DNA of 64,000 bases from Candidatus Limiplasma sp. (GCA_963663285.2 CAXXNI010000004.1:491805-555804); one strand, 5' to 3'. Positions 34,299 through 44,371 are shown, counted from the stretch's first letter. Program-made: numbers and translations. Notes: generated by a model from the letters alone, not told the origin.

Positions 34299-35306
34299 AT
34301 GGCTAAAAAGGTCTGTGCTCTTGTGCTTGCATTGTGTCTTGCACTGGGCGTCTTCACCACAATGGCAACCGCTGAAGACAAGAAAATCAAAATCGGGTAC
34401 GACATCTACTACCTTGGTAACAGCTGGTCGGTACAAATGTACGAGGAGTTCAAGTACGCAGTGTCGAACTGCACAGATGATATCGAAGTCATCTATGTCG
34501 ATTCTCAGGGTGACGCGGATAAGCAGGTCGCCAATTTGGAGGATTTGATTGCCCAGCAGGTGGATGTAATCATCACCACGCCGTGGTCGTCCAGCGCCCC
34601 CATCCCGGTACTGCGTGAAGCACGCGATGCCGGTATTAAAGTGGTGCTGCTCGCCTCCACCATCGACACCACCGATTACGATTGCCTCGTTACCTGCGAT
34701 GAGACCGAATTCGGCCGCGCGGGCGCACAGTGGCTGGTGGACCAGCTGGGCGGCAAGGGCAACATCATTTGCCTCAATGGTATTTCCGGCCTGTCCACGT
34801 CCGAACTACGCTGGCAGGGCGCACAGGAAGTGTTCTCCAGCTACCCGGACATCAACGTGCTCGCATCTCCCGATGCCAAGTGGGACTATGCCGAGGCGAA
34901 AGTGGTTGTTGCCGACTTGCTGGCGACCTACCCGCAGATCGATGGTATTTGGTCGCAGGGCGGTGCGATGACGCTGGGCGCCATCGAGTCTTTCCAGGCT
35001 GCCAACCGCGCTCTGGTGCCGATGACCGGCGAGGATAACAACGGCTATCTGAAGAAGTGGAAAGAACTGCAAAGCGAAGGCATGAAGGGCATCGCCTGCG
35101 CAAAACCCACCTGGCTGGCCGAGGTTGCGCTGGAAAAAGCCATCGCGCTGGTAAAGGGTGAAACCGTAGAGCAGGATACGATCTATCCGACCGCCGTATT
35201 CTCCGATGATGAATTGGACAATTACGTGCGTACCGATCTGCCGGATGATTTCTGGGCCAATACGCATTTGCCCGACGATATCATCAAGTCTATCTTCGCA
35301 CAGTAA
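34299..35306 (+). CDS. sugar ABC transporter substrate-binding protein (PBP type 1, RbsB-like)
   Basis: GAAGGGGG RBS and the ATG at 34299. The signal peptide is MAKKVCALVLALCLALGVFTTMATA, followed by KIKIGYDIYYLGNSW, typical of ribose-type binding proteins. Confidence 0.85.
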   Translation: MAKKVCALVLALCLALGVFTTMATAEDKKIKIGYDIYYLGNSWSVQMYEEFKYAVSNCTDDIEVIYVDSQGDADKQVANLEDLIAQQVDVIITTPWSSSAPIPVLREARDAGIKVVLLASTIDTTDYDCLVTCDETEFGRAGAQWLVDQLGGKGNIICLNGISGLSTSELRWQGAQEVFSSYPDINVLASPDAKWDYAEAKVVVADLLATYPQIDGIWSQGGAMTLGAIESFQAANRALVPMTGEDNNGYLKKWKELQSEGMKGIACAKPTWLAEVALEKAIALVKGETVEQDTIYPTAVFSDDELDNYVRTDLPDDFWANTHLPDDIIKSIFAQ

Positions 35307-35385
35307 GCAACTTTGCACACGGTCTTCCGGCTTCCTATCCGGCAGCGGATAGGAAGCCGCATTTTTGAATGGGGTGGAGCAACCG

Positions 35386-36916
35386 ATGACAAACCCGATC
35401 ATACTGGCCGGGTACGGGCTTAGCAAACAGTTTGCCGGCAACACCGTGCTGGACGGCGTTACCATCGAATGCAGGCGGCAAAACGTGCTGGCGCTAGTGG
35501 GGGAGAACGGCGCGGGAAAATCGACGCTGATGAACATACTCAGCGGCGGTTTGGCCGCGGATGAAGGCCGCATCGAGCTGCAAGGGCGCGAGGTGGTTTT
35601 TGCAAACCCGCTGGAAGCCAAACGCAGCGGGGTCGCTTTTGTGCATCAGGAATTGAGCTTGATGCAAAATATGACGGTCGGCGAAAATATCATGCTGGGG
35701 CAGGAACCCCGCGCAGGCAGGCTGCTGGTCAGCCAGAAGCGCTTGCATGAACAAGCCGCGCAAATTTTGAATGATATCGGCTACCATGTGCCGGTGGAAG
35801 CCATTGTAGCCGATTTGACGCCCGCCCAGAAGCAAATGACGGAAATTGCAAAAGCGTGGGCCGATAAACCGCAGGTATTGATACTGGATGAACCGACATC
35901 AAGCCTGAATAAAACAGAATCCGATCAATTATTTTCCTTTGTCCGCCAGATACGGGACAAAGGCGTATCCGTTATACTCATCACGCACCGGCTGGAGGAA
36001 ATTGCACTGGCCTGCGATGATGTGATCGTTCTTAAGGACGGGGTGATCGTGACCCGCGAGCGGGTGGATCATATTACGCGGGATGAAATCATCTGTAAAA
36101 TGGTGGGGGCGCGAGATTACCAATACCTACCCTGCGCGCTGCGCCGTTCTTTCACCGGAGCCGATGTTGGAACTGAAAGACGTTTCGCTGCACGGCACGT
36201 TGCACCATATCGATTTAACGGTACCAAAGGGCAGTGTAATCGGTGTGGGCGGGCTGGAAGGGCAGGGGCAGTATGCATTTGCACGCGCATTATTTGGCAT
36301 TCATCCCTTTACCTCCGGCGATGTACTTTTAGCGGGTAAGCCGGTTCGCATTCGCTCGCCAAGGGAGGCGATGCGGCTGGGGATTGCCTATGTGCCGGAC
36401 GACCGTAAACTGGAAGGGCTTGTGCTATCCCTGCCGATTTGGGAAAACATTACCATGCTGGTAATGCGAAAGCTGTGCAAACACGGCCTGTTAAGCAGCC
36501 GAAAGGCGCTGGCAAGCGCGCAGGAAGGCATAGACAGCTTGCGCATTAAAGCGCACTCCAGCCGACAGCCGGTCGCGTCGCTCAGCGGCGGCAACCAGCA
36601 GAAGATCGTGTTCAGCAAGTGGCTCAAGTTTAAACCACGGCTGCTCATATTGCACGAGCCGACTCGCGGTATCGACGTGCAGTCCAAGCTGGAAATATAC
36701 GAGTTGATTCGCAAACTAACCGCCGAAGGGGTCAGCGTGCTGATTTTTACCAGCGATATGCTGGAATTGATCGGGCTTTCGGACCGAATTTACGTAATGT
36801 ACGAAGGCGCGATTTCCGGCATGTTATGCGGTGCGGACGCCACTGAGGAAAGTATTATGCAGCTGAGCGCCGGGTTACCGGGGCAGGGCGCGGGTCAGGA
36901 GGGATCGCATGTTTAA
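35386..36916 (+). pseudogene. sugar ABC transporter ATP-binding protein (two NBDs, RbsA-like) interrupted by a +1 frameshift
   Basis: NBD1 (GENGAGKSTL, LILDEPTSSL) is read in the frame of 35386 up to ...KMVG. NBD2 (LSGGNQQK, LILHEPTRGID) continues in the +1 frame from about 36110. Removing one G from the G5 run at 36105-36109 restores KMVGREITNTYP. Confidence 0.8.
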
Positions 36917-38825
36917 GGGCTCGCTGAAAAAGCAGTTGGCGCAAGCACTGCCGGCGTGGGTGATTCTTCTGGTCATTGTAACGTTCGCCTCCTTTTTTTC
37001 GGATAAGTTTGCCACGTATGTCAACATCAAGAATGTGATTTCCCAAGCCTCAACGCTGGCGATTGCCTCCATCGGGCAGACGGTTGTGCTGCTGCAGGGC
37101 GGAATCGACCTGTCGGTCGGTTCCACCATCAGCCTTTCTACGGTAATCCTTGCCCAGCTTAGCAGCATCGAGGGGATTGGGATTCCGCTGGCTATTGTTA
37201 CGCTGCTTGCGGCGGGCGCGCTGGTCGGCCTCATCAACGGCATCGGGGTAACGCGCTTTCGCATCCCGCCGATGATTATCACGCTTTCCACAGGCTCTCT
37301 GGTAAAGGGCATTGCGCTGCTGATACAGCCGAAACCCGGCGGCAAAATCTCCATCCAGCTGCTGGATATTCTCACGGCGAAGGTCGGGGTATTCAATACA
37401 TCCAGCCTGCTGGCCATCGCCCTGTATGCGTTGATGTTTCTGGTGCTGCATTATATGCGCTATGGGCGGCAGGTGTACGCGGTGGGTAATAACCCGCTGC
37501 ATGCGCGGCAGTCCGGTGTGCCTGCCAACCGCGTGATTATCTCCACGTATATGATTTCCGGCATGATTGCCGCAATCGCCGGTATGGTGCTGGCGATGCG
37601 CGTGTTCAGCGGCGATCCGCTCATCGGGGACAACTACTCGATGGATTCGGTTGCGGCGGCTGTCGTGGGCGGTGTATCGCTGGTTGGCGGCGCGGGCACG
37701 GTGGTTGGTTCGCTGGCGGGCGCGCTGGTGCTGAGCATTATCAGTAACGTAATGAACATGCTCAAGGTTTTCGCGTATTACCAGTACATCATCAAAGGCG
37801 CAATCCTGGTGCTGGCGCTATTGGTGTTCCGCATGAAAAGGAGGTCGGGAAAAAACATGCTGAAAAATTGGAAAGAAAACAGGCGGTATTCCCGGCTCCC
37901 GCTGCGCGTGTATGGTCTGCTGCTGATTGCGATTCTGCTATTCTTCTCAGCCGCGCAGTGGAAGGTTTCACCCTCGCACCTTATTAACATCGTTCGGCAG
38001 AACGCGCCGCTGGGCATTGTAGCCATTGCCCAGACGATCGTGCTGCTGATGGGCGGCATCGACCTGAGCGTCGGCGCGGTGATGTCGCTTACAAACATCC
38101 TGTCCACCGCGATGATGGCGGGCAATCCGGACAACATTCTGCTGGGTGTTGTTGTATCGCTGGGCTTTGCGCTGCTGATCGGGTTTGTCAACGGCATCAT
38201 CATCGCCCGGTTCAAGATGCCCCCGTTCCTGATTACCATGGCGATGGCGACCATCATTCAGGGCGGATACTACGTATATACGCGCGGCATCCCCCGCGGC
38301 AGCCTGCCCACGGCTTTCCGGGTCATTTCGGAGGGCTGGCTGGGGCCGATTCCCATTGCGGCGCTGGTGTGGCTGGGAATATGGGGCATTTTGTCACTGA
38401 TCTTATACAAAACCCCGTTCGGGAAGAACGTATATTTTACCGGCGCAAACCCGCAGACGGCATGGCTCTCGGGTGTATCCACCACAGGGATTACGGTATC
38501 CGCGTATATGCTGTGCTCGTTTTTGGCGGGTGTTGCCGGGCTGATGCTCACGGCGTTCATCGGCGTTCCCTCCACGGGTGTTGGCGATTCTTATACACTT
38601 AACTCCATTGCCGCATCGGTTATCGGCGGCACATCGTTTGCGGGCGGCGTAGGCACGCTGGAGGGAACATTCCCCGGCGTACTGATTATGGTGCTGTTGC
38701 AAAGCACGCTCACCATCCTGAACATCCCCGAGGCGGGCAAGAGCATCAGCCAGGGGGTTGTGATTGCGGTGATGGTAGCCATTAACATGCGGGTTGGAAA
38801 ATCCGCAAGGAGGAAGAAAGCATGA
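36909..38825 (+). CDS. fused double ABC permease (two RbsC-like domains in one 638-aa ORF)
   Basis: There are two complete permease units, each with the motif GGIDLSVG. The junction retains AAGGAGG (37838-37844) and an ATG (37857) for the second unit, with an A6 run at 37850-37855. Confidence 0.8.
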   Translation: MFKGSLKKQLAQALPAWVILLVIVTFASFFSDKFATYVNIKNVISQASTLAIASIGQTVVLLQGGIDLSVGSTISLSTVILAQLSSIEGIGIPLAIVTLLAAGALVGLINGIGVTRFRIPPMIITLSTGSLVKGIALLIQPKPGGKISIQLLDILTAKVGVFNTSSLLAIALYALMFLVLHYMRYGRQVYAVGNNPLHARQSGVPANRVIISTYMISGMIAAIAGMVLAMRVFSGDPLIGDNYSMDSVAAAVVGGVSLVGGAGTVVGSLAGALVLSIISNVMNMLKVFAYYQYIIKGAILVLALLVFRMKRRSGKNMLKNWKENRRYSRLPLRVYGLLLIAILLFFSAAQWKVSPSHLINIVRQNAPLGIVAIAQTIVLLMGGIDLSVGAVMSLTNILSTAMMAGNPDNILLGVVVSLGFALLIGFVNGIIIARFKMPPFLITMAMATIIQGGYYVYTRGIPRGSLPTAFRVISEGWLGPIPIAALVWLGIWGILSLILYKTPFGKNVYFTGANPQTAWLSGVSTTGITVSAYMLCSFLAGVAGLMLTAFIGVPSTGVGDSYTLNSIAASVIGGTSFAGGVGTLEGTFPGVLIMVLLQSTLTILNIPEAGKSISQGVVIAVMVAINMRVGKSARRKKA

Positions 38826-39797
38826 GTTTTATCCGTACCATGCTCGGTGATATTGCTCCCGAGGAACTGGGCGTTACGTATTCCCACGAACATCTGGTTT
38901 GCCGCCCTGCATACTGGCAGGAGCGCGGCGAGGAGGATTTACTACTGGACGATCCCGAAAAGAGTAAACAGGATGTTTTGCTCTTTAAGGCCGCGGGCGG
39001 TAAAAGCATTGTGGATGCGACCGCCGTGGATTACGGGCGGGACCCCGCCGCCGTACGGAAAATATCGGTGGAAACAGGCGTACAGATTGTCGGCACGGCC
39101 GGGTTTAACAAGTCGTTCCTGTGGCCGGTTAAAATGCCGGGGCAGGAGATTACCTACCGCCAGTGGATTGAACAGGCGTCGGTGGACGAGTTGGCCCGCT
39201 TTGTGGTTGATGAAGTGGAAAAGGGAATGAACGGCACTGATATTCGCGCCGGGCAGGTCAAATTCGGCACCGGCTACAACAGCATTCATCCATTGGAGAT
39301 TAAAACGATCCGCGCAGTGGCACGCGCGCACCATGCGACGGGCGCGCCCCATCCATTCCCACACCGAATCGGGCACAATGGGGCTGGAACAGATGCAATA
39401 CCTGCGCGAAGAGGGTGTGGAGCTGAGTAACGTGTGCTTTGGGCATATGGACCGCAACCCCGACCCCTATATGCACCTGCGGATGGCCGAAACCGGCGCG
39501 TACCTGTGCTTTGATGGCATTGCAAAGGTGAAATACGGCCCCGAAAGTACACGCATTGCATGTATCCTGTCGCTTTTTTCCCACGGGTATGGCGATCAGG
39601 TGCTGGTCAGCGGCGATACGGCGCGAAAATCCTACTATGCTTCCTACAAATACGGACTGGGACTGGGCTACATACTGGGCACTTGGGCGCCGCGGCTTGC
39701 GGATGAAGCCAACCGCGCCGGGATGAACGGCGAGGAGATGGTCCGCCGGATTTTTGTGGATAACCCCAAGCGCTGCTTTACCTTCAAGAAAGGGTGA
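38822..39797 (+). pseudogene. phosphotriesterase-family protein (Php/PTER-like amidohydrolase) interrupted by a +1 frameshift
   Basis: The N-terminal part (GVTYSHEHL...) is read in the frame of 38822 up to ...HHATGAP. The C-terminal part (IHSHTESGTMGLEQ...) is in the +1 frame. Removing one C from the C4 run at 39347-39350 restores ATGAPIHSHTESG, which parallels E. coli Php (RPISTHTSFSTMGLEQ). Confidence 0.8.
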
Positions 39798-40519
39798 CAG
39801 GCATGTTTCTGGGCGATTGCAACCAGCGCGAAGCGGCGCAGGCGCTAAACGGGCGCACGGTGGCGCTGCTGCCGCTGGGCGCGGTGGAGGTGCATGGCAA
39901 CCACCTGCCGCTGCTGACGGATTTGTATCTTGCCGAGGGTGTGTGCAAGCTGGTCGGTGAGCGTGTGCAGGATTGTGTTATCCTGCCGGGCATGCCGTAC
40001 GGCCAGATTTGGAGCCTGCGGGACAAACCGGGCAGCTTGAGCGTGAGCGATGCGACCCTGACCGCCCTGCTTTGCGAAATCGGGCGCGCACTGTGGCAGC
40101 AGGGGGTAAAGCGCTTCGCGGTTGTAAACGGGCATGTGGGCAATGTGAATGCGATTAAGGCCGCACAGCGCGTGCTTTACGACGAATGTGCCCTGAAGAT
40201 GTACGCTTTTACCTATCCGGGGGTTGGCACCGCGCAAAAACAGGTGCTGACCACCCCGAGACCGCACCCGACATATTTCCACGCCTGCGAGATTGAGACA
40301 TCCTACATGCTCTATCTGCGCCCCGACAAGGTGGATATGTCGCAGGCTATCCGGCAATATCCTACCTTTCCGGATACGATGGCAGCCCTGCCGACCCCGT
40401 GGAGCGCCTTTATGGAGACCGCCGTCATGGGCGACGCGACCGCAGCCACGCCGGAAAAAGGGAAAGTGATGATCGACGCGGTGGTCGATACGATTGTACG
40501 CCTGCTTGGGGAGGAATAG
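39794..40519 (+). CDS. creatininase-family amidohydrolase
   Basis: The motif LLPLGAVEVHGNHLPLLTD is typical of the creatinine amidohydrolase family. Length is 241 aa. The start may be the ATG at 39803. Confidence 0.85.
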   Translation: MTGMFLGDCNQREAAQALNGRTVALLPLGAVEVHGNHLPLLTDLYLAEGVCKLVGERVQDCVILPGMPYGQIWSLRDKPGSLSVSDATLTALLCEIGRALWQQGVKRFAVVNGHVGNVNAIKAAQRVLYDECALKMYAFTYPGVGTAQKQVLTTPRPHPTYFHACEIETSYMLYLRPDKVDMSQAIRQYPTFPDTMAALPTPWSAFMETAVMGDATAATPEKGKVMIDAVVDTIVRLLGEE

Positions 40520-40523
40520 GCGA

Positions 40524-41954
40524 ATGGGGTACATTTTATCGCTGGATTTGGGTACCACGGCGCTGAAGCTGCTTTTGCTGGATCGGGAAGGGCGAACCGC
40601 GTACGTAAGCACAAACCCGTACCCGACCCGCTTTCCCCGTGCGGACTGGATAGAACAGGACCCCGAAGCGTGGGTAAGCGCTTTGGCACAGGGTATGCAC
40701 GCGCTGTGGGAACAGTTTGCGCCAAGCGATGTGCAAGCCATTGGCTTTGCAGGCCACATGAGCAGCGTAGTGCTGACGGACGCTGGTGGGGTGCCGGTGT
40801 ATCCGTGCATCACCCTTGCGGACGGGCGCAGCGTGCAGCAGGCCAACCGGCTTGCGCAAACCTTGCAAGAGCCGATCCTTGCGGCGACGGGCAACCTGCC
40901 GCTGAATGCCTTTGCCCTGCCGAAGCTTTTGTGGCTTCAGGAACGGGAGCCGGAAGCGTTCGCCCGCGCCCATGCGTGGATGAGCGCCAAGGATTACCTG
41001 CGTCTGCGCCTGACCGGTGTAGCGGCGCAGGAGGTAACCGATGCGTGTAATTCCCTGTGCGTTGCGATTGATGCGCGCACTTGGAACCGTACTTTGATTG
41101 CACAAACGGGCCTGCCGGAAGCGATTTTTCCGCCACTGCTGGAGCCATATGCGCAGGCGGGAACCGTCACGGCGGAGGCAGCCGCCTTTACAGGGCTTGT
41201 AGAGGGTACGCCCGTCTATGCGGGCGGCGCCGATATGGCGGCCGGTGCATTGGCGCTGGGGCTGGGCGAAGCGGGGGACGCAAGCGTCTCCATGGGCACC
41301 AACGCCCCGTTTATGATGATGACCGACCACATCGACCGGAAGTTCGCCTCCGAACTAACCTATCATGCCGGGGCGTTTGCCGGGCAGCTATATGCGCTGG
41401 GTTCGCATTTCAACGGCGGGCTGGCGGTAAACTGCTTCTCCCGGCTATTTTCGGAGGATGGCCGCATTGATTATGATATGATCGGAAGGCTGGCTGTCGA
41501 AGCGCAGGGGCTGCCGCCCGGTTGCGATGGCGTGCAGGCGCTTCCGTTTTTTGCCGGCAGCGGTTCGCCATGGTTTTCACCCGCCGACAGGGCGGCGTTT
41601 GTGGGCGTAAGCACCGCGACGACGCGCGCGCAGTTATTGCGTGCTATGCTGGAAAGCGTGGCGTTTAACCTGCGCCAGAGTCTGGAACGGATGCGCACGC
41701 TTTGCCCGGAGCGGCAGGCACATGTAAGCCTGTTTGGCGGCGGCACCAAGATACCGCTGTGGACGAGTATCATTGCGGAGGTGTTTGGCCTGCCGGTGAG
41801 CGTAGTGCAAAACCCGGATGCGTCCGCTGTGGGCGGGGCGCTGCTGGCGGGCTACGGCGCGGGCTGGTTTGCCGATCCGCGCGCGGTGGCGCGCGCCAAC
41901 CTGCCCGGCGCGGTGGAAATAACCCCGGAGCCACAGGCGGTAGAAGGCCTATGA
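40524..41954 (+). CDS. FGGY-family carbohydrate kinase (xylulokinase-like)
   Basis: MGYILSLDLGTTALK...EQDPEAW and the C-terminal FGGGTK motif. The product is about 476 aa. Confidence 0.85.
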   Translation: MGYILSLDLGTTALKLLLLDREGRTAYVSTNPYPTRFPRADWIEQDPEAWVSALAQGMHALWEQFAPSDVQAIGFAGHMSSVVLTDAGGVPVYPCITLADGRSVQQANRLAQTLQEPILAATGNLPLNAFALPKLLWLQEREPEAFARAHAWMSAKDYLRLRLTGVAAQEVTDACNSLCVAIDARTWNRTLIAQTGLPEAIFPPLLEPYAQAGTVTAEAAAFTGLVEGTPVYAGGADMAAGALALGLGEAGDASVSMGTNAPFMMMTDHIDRKFASELTYHAGAFAGQLYALGSHFNGGLAVNCFSRLFSEDGRIDYDMIGRLAVEAQGLPPGCDGVQALPFFAGSGSPWFSPADRAAFVGVSTATTRAQLLRAMLESVAFNLRQSLERMRTLCPERQAHVSLFGGGTKIPLWTSIIAEVFGLPVSVVQNPDASAVGGALLAGYGAGWFADPRAVARANLPGAVEITPEPQAVEGL

Positions 41955-42030
41955 ACGGCTTTATCAGCGCTACCTAATACTGTGCGCCGCGCTGCGGCCG
42001 TTGTCATGAACAGGCAAAGGAGGGCTAAGC

Positions 42031-43299
42031 GTGTACGCATCGATGTGGACGTATCCGTGGGATTTGGATGATTGCGGAATCGAAGAGGTGCTCGCGGAAC
42101 TGCGGGCTTGCGGCGTTACGGATGTATCCGTTGCCATGGCCTACCATAGCGGGCGCTTTTTACAGCTTCGCAGCCCGAAGCGCAAGGTGTATTTTCCGCA
42201 GGACGGGGTGCTGTATTACCCGGCTGATCCGAAGGATTTTGCGGCTTGCCGTATCCGCCCGCTGGTCGGCGATTTTGCCCATGAGCACCCGGCGTTTTTC
42301 CCCGAACTGGCGGAGAAGGCGGACAAACACGGCATGACCCTGTCCAGCTGGACGGTGTGCCTGCATAACACGCGGCTGGGGTATCAGCACCCCGAAGCGT
42401 GCGTGCAAAACGCGTTTGGCGATATTACATACTATAACCAGTGCCCCGCAAACGACGACATCCGCGATACCATGGCAGCGCTGATGCGCTCCGTCGACCA
42501 GTCGGTTTCGCTGCGCACCCTGCAAATGGAAAGCATGAATTACATGGGCTTTGCGCACGAGTATCACCATGAAAAAGACGGCGTAGGGCTGACGGCGCTG
42601 GAGGATTTTCTGCTGTCGCTGTGCTTTTGCCCTGCCTGCATGGCCAAAGGGCGCGCGGCTGGCATTGATATGGAATATGTGCGGGAGCGCGTGCGCGCAG
42701 ATGTAGAAAAATATCTAGCCCTCCCGCGCGGAGCGGTGCCGTCGCAGGAGTTTTTAACCTTGGGGCCGAACTTCTTTGCGGATGACCCGGATTTGATGGC
42801 GTATCTTACGTTTCGCGCCCAAACCGTAACCAGTTTGGTGCAGCGGGTAGCGGGCGAAGTGAAGCGGGCGGAGCTGTGCTTTTTAAGCTTGCTGCCAAAC
42901 GCGAGCTCGTGGCTGTTTGGTGTGGATTTACAGGCCATCAGCCGTAGTTGCGGCAGTACGCTGATTTGCAGCTACGATAGTGATGCCGGGCAGGCCGGAC
43001 GCGATATGGCCACCTCCCGTGCCGAGTTGGACCCGGCGTGCCGGGTGTATACCGGCATTCGCGCCCTTTACCCCGGAATATACGGGGCAAAGAGGCGTTT
43101 TTTGCAAAAGGTAGGCGCGTCGTTACAGGCGGGCAGCGACGGCTTTGTGTTTTATAATTATGGGCTGATCCCCCAAGGGCGGATGCGCTGGATTGCGGAT
43201 GCGTGCGGGATGCTGACAAAACCAGGGAGGCATAAACCATGGAAACATTTCCGGCGACGAGGGAGCTGCTTGCGTGCTTTGTGGCGCACCGTACTGTGA
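42031..43299 (+). CDS. hypothetical protein, 422 aa, no family recognised (possible TIM-barrel with C-x-C-x-x-C cluster)
   Basis: GTG start, no signal peptide and codon usage like its neighbours. It contains WTYPWD, HEYHHEKDG and LCFCPACMAKG (Cys198/200/203). The last 60 nt overlap the next gene. Confidence 0.6.
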   Translation: MYASMWTYPWDLDDCGIEEVLAELRACGVTDVSVAMAYHSGRFLQLRSPKRKVYFPQDGVLYYPADPKDFAACRIRPLVGDFAHEHPAFFPELAEKADKHGMTLSSWTVCLHNTRLGYQHPEACVQNAFGDITYYNQCPANDDIRDTMAALMRSVDQSVSLRTLQMESMNYMGFAHEYHHEKDGVGLTALEDFLLSLCFCPACMAKGRAAGIDMEYVRERVRADVEKYLALPRGAVPSQEFLTLGPNFFADDPDLMAYLTFRAQTVTSLVQRVAGEVKRAELCFLSLLPNASSWLFGVDLQAISRSCGSTLICSYDSDAGQAGRDMATSRAELDPACRVYTGIRALYPGIYGAKRRFLQKVGASLQAGSDGFVFYNYGLIPQGRMRWIADACGMLTKPGRHKPWKHFRRRGSCLRALWRTVL

Positions 43300-44367
43300 A
43301 TGGTCACGAAAAGCCCCTTGCGCTGGAAATTGCCCGGCTCGCGGAAAAAATCGGCATGCGCGTGCAGGTGGACGATTTTGGGGACGACCGTGCCAACGTG
43401 TATGCGGAGGCGGGCGAAGGCCCCTGTTTGCTGCTGTGCGGTCATTTGGATGTGGTGCCAGCCGAAGGGCGGGTGGCAGAGCGACCCCTTTACCCTCCGC
43501 GATGAGGGCGAGCGCTGTGTGGGCCGCGGCTGTGCGGATATGAAGGGCGCTGTGGCCGCTATGCTTACCGCTGCGGAGCGTGCGCTGGCGCGCGGGCTTA
43601 CCGGCATGAAACTTGCGCTGTTGTTCGTGGCGGATGAGGAAAGCGGCAATTCGGGCATGAAGCGGTTTTTAGCCACACACCCCGATTGCGCCGAAGCGTG
43701 CATCATCGGCGAGCCGACGGAGATGGAAGTGGCTGTGGCGCACAAGGGCACCGCAAGGTACTGGGTGGATCTGGCGGGGCGTGCGGCGCACTCGTCTACC
43801 CCGGCGTTGGGCGAAAATGCGCTGACCCACGCGGCGCAGGCTATTTTCGCGGTGGAGGCGTATAACCGGCAGCTGGCAAAGACGCAGCACCCCATTCTGC
43901 CGCCGAAAACAATGTGCGTAACGATGCTGCAGGGTGGGGAACGGGAAAATATTGTGCCCGCCCATGCGTCGCTGTTAGTGGATTACCGGACTTTCCCGGG
44001 GGAAACCGAGCCGGCGGCGCAGGCCGAACTGCGTGCAGTGATGGAAACCCTGCATAAAGCGGACCCCGGTTTTTCTTTTTCATTACGGTGGCATTGCTTT
44101 TTACCCGGCGGCAGCCTGCCTGCCGAGCATCCGTGGACACAGACCGTGTGCCGTATTACGGGCGAAGCGCTGGGACGCACCTGTAAACCTGTGGAATTTC
44201 GCGCTTCCTGCGAACAGGCCTTAATGCTGCAGGCAGGCGTGCCTACGGTTGTGCTGGGGCCGGGCAGCTTACGCCAGGCGCATACGGTCAACGAATCGCT
44301 CCCGTGGGCGGAGCTGGAGCAGGCGGTAATGGTGTATGGCCGTTTGATCGATCGCTTTGCACAATAA
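43239..44367 (+). pseudogene. M20-family deacylase (ArgE/DapE-like) interrupted by a +1 frameshift
   Basis: The N-terminal 75 aa (...CGHLDVVPAEG) are read in the frame of 43239. The remainder (WQSDPF...GRGCADMKG...FVADEESG...) is in the +1 frame. Removing one G within GGGCGGG (43467-43473) rejoins them. AGGGAGG is the RBS. Confidence 0.8.
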
Positions 44368-44371
44368 CAAA

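Noticed and set aside
36105-36109. Programmed ribosomal frameshifting or phase variation as an explanation for the three split genes.
   Set aside because: The tracts (G5, C4, GGGCGGG) are too short for contingency-locus slippage. I saw no slippery heptamer or downstream pseudoknot, and metabolic genes of this kind are not known to use recoding. Mutation or sequencing error is the simpler explanation.
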